Shown: piece after piece, positions 58,969 to 64,000 of the stretch
How the letters are laid out: each line of letters opens with the position of its first letter
Position numbering within the stretch: the first letter of the stretch is position 1
Assembly: GCA_033763455.1 (NCBI GenBank)
Contig: JANRKO010000062.1
Coordinates: 87,816 to 151,815 of the forward strand
Source: Polyangiaceae bacterium
GTDB taxonomy: Bacteria; Myxococcota_A; Polyangia; Polyangiales; Polyangiaceae
Direction: 5' to 3'
DNA length: 64,000 nt
Made by a program: the position numbers and the translations under genes
Notes under the pieces: generated by a model
What the model was told of the DNA's origin: nothing
Database searches by the model: none
Seen by the model: the letters and a program-made list of their open reading frames with translations, nothing else

Positions 58969-59718
58969 TTACGGCACCGCACCGTACGGCACAGGCGTCA
59001 CCCTGCAACCCCCGAAACCCCAGGTGTACTCCTCACCGTCCACAATGTGCCCCTGCAGCGTGAGCCGCAGCTCGCCGGCCCTTTCAGCGAGGTACGTGAC
59101 CATGAAGCGCCCGAGCCGTGCGCTATTGGCGCGCGTTTCTACGGTGCTAAAGCGAGACCCTGTGGCGGCGAACTCCAAGCGGTGATGCCCGCCGCCGACA
59201 CCGGTGATCGGGCAATCGAGCACGTAGAGGCGCGAGGGCTCAACGCTTAGGGTTACCTCCACGCGCGGGCGCTCCGGGCGAAAGCTAGCCTCTACGGTGG
59301 ACTTGAAACTCACGGATTTGTAGGGCGAGAGCTTCACGCGTTCAGGCCGGAAAAGCTCTAAGCTTGAGCCGGGGGCCTGCGTTTCGAGCGAGATAGTGAG
59401 CGCCAGTGCTGGGGCGCTCGCGGGGGCGGCCGTCTTTTGAAGGGAGGCGAGCCGAGCGTTGGCGATCTTGCGCACCTCCGCCAGGGAAGTGAACGCCGGA
59501 GGCGTGCTAAGGGTACGCTGGGCATCAGGTGAAAGCTGCGGTTGCGTCTGCTGTGCCGGCACTGGAGTGGCTGGGGCCGTTGGCGTGGCCTTCGTGCCAG
59601 AGGCTGACGGCGCGGCCAACGCTTGGGCGCCGCCGAGCGTGGCGCATGCAATGATGGTGGATCGCAGCACGCGACCCCTACGTGAATTGAGTCCAGAGAA
59701 GAGGTGGGTTGCGGTCAT
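58969..59718 (-). CDS. Hypothetical secreted protein
   Basis: Signal-like N-terminus (..AQALA), Pro/Ala linker and a beta-rich C-terminal domain. ATGA overlap with the upstream gene. Confidence 0.6.
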   Translation of the reverse strand: MTATHLFSGLNSRRGRVLRSTIIACATLGGAQALAAPSASGTKATPTAPATPVPAQQTQPQLSPDAQRTLSTPPAFTSLAEVRKIANARLASLQKTAAPASAPALALTISLETQAPGSSLELFRPERVKLSPYKSVSFKSTVEASFRPERPRVEVTLSVEPSRLYVLDCPITGVGGGHHRLEFAATGSRFSTVETRANSARLGRFMVTYLAERAGELRLTLQGHIVDGEEYTWGFGGCRVTPVPYGAVP

Positions 59719-61244
59719 GGCTTGTCCTTGCCAGGTAGGGTGAGTGTCTTCGGTAGTGGAACTCGTGCGTTCGGGGTTAACGCCTGCTTGGCCTTCGGCG
59801 ACAGCGTGGGCGTTCCCGTGCTGGCTGTTGAAGCAGGGGGTGCAGCAGGCCCCGGTGGAACGGGCGCAAGCAGGGCACCAGGCGCGGGAGCGGTAAAGCC
59901 ATAGATGTCGGAGTAGCCGGCACGCGCATCGTTCCAAAGCAGCGTTACCGTTCCGTTTCCAACAACCCAAGCGTGCCCCGGGGGATAAGCGGTGCAACGG
60001 CCTGCTCGCACCGGCTCCGTGCCCCAAGCGCTCGTGCCGGTGGGCCCGAGCCAGCGCATTCCAAGGCAAGGCCTGGCTGCGACGCTCGCAGTGGTTGGTT
60101 CCGATTTCCAGGAAAGAAACGCTCCGCCTTTTCCGTCCGACGCGAACACTGGGATCCGCGAGTTGTAGTCAGCCCCCTCTGCTATCGAGGTGGCCCCCGC
60201 GCCGTAAGCGACGCTGCCGTCGCGAGCTACTCGCATGCTGGCCATCTGACGGGCGATTCCCCGCCCACTCGCGATGGTGTACGCGAAGTAGCCACCTTGC
60301 GCTCCGTCGGTGGCAACCTCAACGCCGCCGGTATCCTGAGCAAGCGCGATCCCATTGGCTGGCCACAAGGCGCGCCCCGTTGCGTCCAGCACCTGGCCAA
60401 ACGCATCCCGAAGGCCTGGGCCGCGGCGCGCGTCCGTCCAACCAAGAACCACACCGCCCTTGGCATCGCAAGCGATCGATACATCTCCCTTGTGTCCAAA
60501 TACCGAGGTTACACTCACTCCATCGGTGCCCCAAAGCGGAGCGCCTGTCGCGCTGAACTTAAGGACTTTCAACTGGGTGAGTGGCAATGCCACTATAGCT
60601 TCACCGCTTGGGGTGCGGCACAACCGGGGTTGCCCCGCAGCACCAGAAGCACCTTCGACGACTTTGCCGAGCGGCGCCGTATTAAAGGCTACGACTCCTG
60701 CTTCGGTGTACCTAGTGAGCACGATGTCATCACCCATGGGCGCTAGCCGCCGCTCCAGCACGAAGACCCCATTCCCGCTGTCTGCGGTGCCATCCACCAT
60801 TCTGACCTGCCCTCCGGCACCAGGCGCAGCCAACACGCGCTCACCGCTCGGTCGAAAGCGCTGCACGTGGACACGCGTGATGCTTCCGGCAGAGAGCCAC
60901 ACCACTACGGCTCCGCCGTCATGCGTCCGGTGCACACGGGGAGAATGATGATTGAGAGTTCCGTCGGAGATGCGGATCGGAGCGGACCATGGCGCAGGTC
61001 CGCCGATCCGCTGGATGAAGACGTCCCCGTTCGTGCCGTCTCGGGACTGCACATACGCTACGTAAGCCCCCCCGGCGCCGTCAGACGCTGCACTACGAAG
61101 ATCCTGAGGCCCCTCACCGGTAACCAGCGGGCCTTCCACGCCGACGGAAGCCGGTGCCGGTGGTGTTTCCTCGCTCGCGAGCGCTGCTTGCGGCATCAGC
61201 AACAAGGCCCCAATGCCTGCGAACGGGAACAGTAGTTTTTTCAT
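59715..61244 (-). CDS. Secreted beta-propeller-like repeat protein
   Basis: Signal MKKLLF...ALA and repeats SDGAGGAYVAY, DGGAVVVW, DAKGGVVLGW, DGAQGGYFAY, SDGKGGAFLSW with W.D.R...D.F/Y.Q. Confidence 0.75.
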   Translation of the reverse strand: MKKLLFPFAGIGALLLMPQAALASEETPPAPASVGVEGPLVTGEGPQDLRSAASDGAGGAYVAYVQSRDGTNGDVFIQRIGGPAPWSAPIRISDGTLNHHSPRVHRTHDGGAVVVWLSAGSITRVHVQRFRPSGERVLAAPGAGGQVRMVDGTADSGNGVFVLERRLAPMGDDIVLTRYTEAGVVAFNTAPLGKVVEGASGAAGQPRLCRTPSGEAIVALPLTQLKVLKFSATGAPLWGTDGVSVTSVFGHKGDVSIACDAKGGVVLGWTDARRGPGLRDAFGQVLDATGRALWPANGIALAQDTGGVEVATDGAQGGYFAYTIASGRGIARQMASMRVARDGSVAYGAGATSIAEGADYNSRIPVFASDGKGGAFLSWKSEPTTASVAARPCLGMRWLGPTGTSAWGTEPVRAGRCTAYPPGHAWVVGNGTVTLLWNDARAGYSDIYGFTAPAPGALLAPVPPGPAAPPASTASTGTPTLSPKAKQALTPNARVPLPKTLTLPGKDKP

Positions 61245-61456
61245 GACGATACCAGCTTTCTCGGCCCCTATTGGGACGAAACGTGACGCCCATCCTACGC
61301 CGACATCCTTCGGGTGTCGATCTAGCAAGATGGCAATGCGCGTACGTCTGGCACCCTGAAGAACTTCCCTGAGCGCCTGTCAGCCGCTCGGCCGCGTACA
61401 CGGCCACGCACGGAGCGACGAGTGTCTACCAAGCAAGAGCTGCCATCGCTTCGATG

Positions 61457-61783
61457 TTAGTCGAAAATGTCGCCCAGCGATTCCACCCACGTCTTCTTCC
61501 GTTTGTGCCGGTACTTGTAGTCGTCTTGATCGCGGGGGCGGTAGTCCTGCTCGTATCGAGCGCGGTCGTACCTATAGTCTTCCTGATGGAGTGCGGGCCT
61601 ATCGAACCTGGCACGTTCTGGCGGCACGAATAGCTGGTCGACTTCAGAATTCGTCAGATGGATCAACTTTTCAAGCTCGCCTCGATCGAGCCAAATACCT
61701 CGACAGCGGGGGCACGGGTCGATTGAGATGCCTTCTCTTTGGGTTTCATTCAGCGTGACGTTTTCGCAGCGTGGACAGTTCAT
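61457..61783 (-). CDS. zf-TFIIB-type zinc-finger protein
   Basis: MNCPRC...IDPCPRCRGIWLDRGELEKL and C-terminal KRKKTWVESLGDIFD. Confidence 0.85.
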   Translation of the reverse strand: MNCPRCENVTLNETQREGISIDPCPRCRGIWLDRGELEKLIHLTNSEVDQLFVPPERARFDRPALHQEDYRYDRARYEQDYRPRDQDDYKYRHKRKKTWVESLGDIFD

Positions 61784-61948
61784 GGGTGTTCCTCTCGATG
61801 AGTCATAGTGGGGCCCATTCATTGTGTCGGCAATTACGGAACTACGACGAGAAGTGTCTATAAAACCGACATGTCTTGCGGGTGCCGCGGGCTCGGATGC
61901 ATGGGCGAAAACGAGTTACCGGGATGAAGCGGAGTTGCAGTCCAGTGA

Positions 61949-63247
61949 TTACCGCGTAGCGTCCCGGTTATCGCACCGTGCACGTTTTTGCTCGAAGATG
62001 TGCCGCTCTGCTTGTGTGGGTGCGGATTCGATGGCGCGGTCAAGGTAGCGCCTGGCCTCCTCGAATGCGCTAGCGCGCCGTAACAACTCGCCGTGCGTGG
62101 CATCCCACAGGTAATATCCGGCGAGCCACCGCGGTGGCTCGCATTGCGCGAGCAGTTCGAGCCCAGCCTCGGGCCCCTTCCATTCTGCCAACGCAATGGC
62201 GCGGTTCAACGTGTGAATCGCTGAGGGCTGACGCGCGTCGAGCATCTCGTAAAGCGCGACGATTTCGCCCCAGCGAGTCTGCTCGAAGGTTGGGGCGATG
62301 CAGTGCTCGGCCACAACGGCGGCTTCGGCGTGGTAGCGCGAAAAGTTGTCGCCATCCGCAGCACGCGCAAGACAGACAAAACCACGTTGAATTCCGGCGC
62401 GATCCCAAAGCGTTCGATCTTGCTGTTCGAGCATGAGCAACCCACCCTGGCCGTCCCTGCGAGATGCCAGCCTTGCAGCATGCATCTCCATCAAAGCAAG
62501 CAGCGCCCACGCTTCTGGTGTTGCGGTAGCAGGGTGCTGAGTCACCAAACGACCCAGGCGGAGAGCCTCTTCACACAGTTCCTGGCGAATGGGGGCATGA
62601 TGTTCCAGGGAGCTATACCCTTCGTTAAACAGTAGGTAGATGACGCTCAATACCGTCTCCGTTCTGGAGAGGATTTGTGGAAGAGCCGGGGAATCGGCCC
62701 ATTCCGGGCGAAGCGACCAGACCTCCTTCAAACGAGCACGACCGCGGCTCAGCTGCTTCTGAACGTTCTCCTCGTTGGTAAACAAGCGCGTTGCGATTTC
62801 GCGGGTGCTGAATCCGCAGAGAAGCTTCAGTGCTAGAACCAGCTGACTCTGGGAACTGAGCTCGTCATCGCAGCAGACGAACAGCATGCGCAGTTGGTCG
62901 TCCTCAATTTCGGAAAGTGAATACGGCGTCCGCGGTTCTGGCAGTTCTTGCAGAGCTGCATCTGCAAGATCAGAGCTGGCGTTGTTTACGGTTTTTTGTC
63001 GACGAAATGTGTCCAGTACGGTGTTTCGAGCGACGCTTGTCAACCACGCAGATGGATTGTCGGGTAACCCATCCCGACGCCAAGTCGACAGCGCCTTCGC
63101 CAGTGCGGTTTGCACCGCGTCCTCAATGGTCTCAAGCCCCGCAGACGGAAACGCGCGCATCAGGGTTGCCACCAGTCGTCCGTATTCATGACGAAAGAAG
63201 TGGTCGACCAACGAGCCAGCGTTGGACCCTAATGCGCCCGATTCCAT
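61949..63247 (-). CDS. ECF sigma factor with C-terminal TPR-like extension (ECF42 type)
   Basis: EDAVQTA..W..G.PDNPSAWL..ARN, DDQLRMLFVCC, IYLLFNEGY, QDRTLWD, LNRAIA. Adjacent to a DGPF gene. Confidence 0.88.
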   Translation of the reverse strand: MESGALGSNAGSLVDHFFRHEYGRLVATLMRAFPSAGLETIEDAVQTALAKALSTWRRDGLPDNPSAWLTSVARNTVLDTFRRQKTVNNASSDLADAALQELPEPRTPYSLSEIEDDQLRMLFVCCDDELSSQSQLVLALKLLCGFSTREIATRLFTNEENVQKQLSRGRARLKEVWSLRPEWADSPALPQILSRTETVLSVIYLLFNEGYSSLEHHAPIRQELCEEALRLGRLVTQHPATATPEAWALLALMEMHAARLASRRDGQGGLLMLEQQDRTLWDRAGIQRGFVCLARAADGDNFSRYHAEAAVVAEHCIAPTFEQTRWGEIVALYEMLDARQPSAIHTLNRAIALAEWKGPEAGLELLAQCEPPRWLAGYYLWDATHGELLRRASAFEEARRYLDRAIESAPTQAERHIFEQKRARCDNRDATR

Positions 63248-63254
63248 TGAGGGC

Positions 63255-63590
63255 TCAGAATCCCATCATTTCCCGTATTTCGATGACCGAATTGGGCATG
63301 TAAACAATTGGGCATTCTCGCGCAACGGCGATCGCGTCATCAATTGTCTGAGCTTGAATGATCGAGAAGCCACCGATGATCTCCTTGGCTTCGGGCAAGG
63401 GACCGTCGCTCACCTTGCCGTTGGCTAGCAGCTTGGCCCCGTGTTTGAGCCCATCACCCACATCCACCACTTGGGCTTTGAATTTTTCCTTCCACGCATT
63501 CCACTGAGCAAACATTTTCTGCATTTCCTCAGGCGACGGCTGGTAATCTGGCGAGGGTGGATTCCGATACAAGAACAGATACTTTGTCAT
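63255..63590 (-). CDS. YciI/DGPF-family protein
   Basis: SDGPLPEAKEIIGGF...ARECP...IEIR. AAGGA RBS. Confidence 0.88.
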   Translation of the reverse strand: MTKYLFLYRNPPSPDYQPSPEEMQKMFAQWNAWKEKFKAQVVDVGDGLKHGAKLLANGKVSDGPLPEAKEIIGGFSIIQAQTIDDAIAVARECPIVYMPNSVIEIREMMGF

Positions 63591-63666
63591 TTGATCTTCC
63601 TTTCGAGGCGAAATTGTGACGGCAAGGGCCTCATGCTCGGGCCGTCGCAAGTCCTACTGCCCTAAC

Positions 63667-63693
63667 GACGCCCACCCGGGACAATACCGGACA
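63667..63693 (-). promoter_or_regulatory. ECF-type promoter candidate for the DGPF-ECF42 operon
   Basis: Minus strand TGTCCG-N17-CGTC preceded by an A-rich tract. Resembles the TGTCGA/CG(A/T)C promoters described for ECF42. Confidence 0.5.
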
Positions 63694-64000
63694 TTCGGGA
63701 TCCGATTTTTTGATTTTTTTTCCGGGGCGACTCTGCCTGGTAACCATGTTGGCCTACCCGTCCCGTTGGGCTCCCTGGAGGGCGTTATTTTTTTGCTGCT
63801 CCTCGAACGGGGGCTGGGGGCACGGCCGGCCGTGCTCGCCCGGGGCTGCGCGCGGCCGAGCCCCTCAACGACTATGGGGTGGCACAACAGTCAAAGACAA
63901 AGTTCTCCCTACGATCGGGTGTTGGTCGTTATGAGGCAGGTCTTGGGCTAGACAGAGGCAAAAAAACGGGCTGTCGCAATCGACTATCCGCGCTCGTGGT

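Noticed and set aside
63960..63990. Possible minus-strand intrinsic terminator (imperfect stem plus T tract)
   Set aside because: The stem has two mismatches and the upstream gene lies outside the window, so it cannot be supported.
1..64000. tRNA/rRNA genes, CRISPR arrays, IS elements, prophage or anti-phage defence genes
   Set aside because: No such motifs, regularly spaced repeats, transposases, integrases or nuclease domains were recognised by eye.

Overview
A gene-dense, GC-rich bacterial chromosome segment. The gene content (DUF1592/DUF1552 pairs, Gly/Pro-linker lipoproteins, Cys-rich secreted proteins, ECF42) suggests Myxococcota, probably Polyangiales-like; this is inference only. I found no rRNA, tRNA, CRISPR array or transposase. 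Main contents: (1) three paralogous modules of a mono-heme DUF1592 lipoprotein plus a Tat-exported DUF1552 protein, linked to XylR-type regulators (one an internally deleted pseudogene) and to a Cip1-like secreted protein; (2) a ~17 kb aryl-polyene-type type II PKS cluster in two convergent arms, with an MIO ammonia-lyase, a halogenase-like flavoenzyme and a sigma54-preceded outer-membrane protein; (3) arsC/Spx-family, corA and alkD-like genes; (4) nrfHA with a CxxCH (not CxxCK) first heme; (5) a GH45 endoglucanase; (6) an operon of methyltransferase/ATP-grasp fusion, SET-domain protein and second ATP-grasp, divergent from an unannotated 59-aa poly-Lys secreted peptide; (7) a NemR-like TetR with two perfect operator palindromes upstream of an atypical truncated globin and a MacAB-like exporter; (8) a BMP-family ABC importer, frmA, DUF2293, several uncharacterised secreted proteins and an ECF42/DGPF pair. 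The best candidates for an undescribed system are the ATP-grasp/SET/peptide locus and the repeated XylR-DUF1592-DUF1552 module. All family assignments come from motifs read by eye, not database searches.
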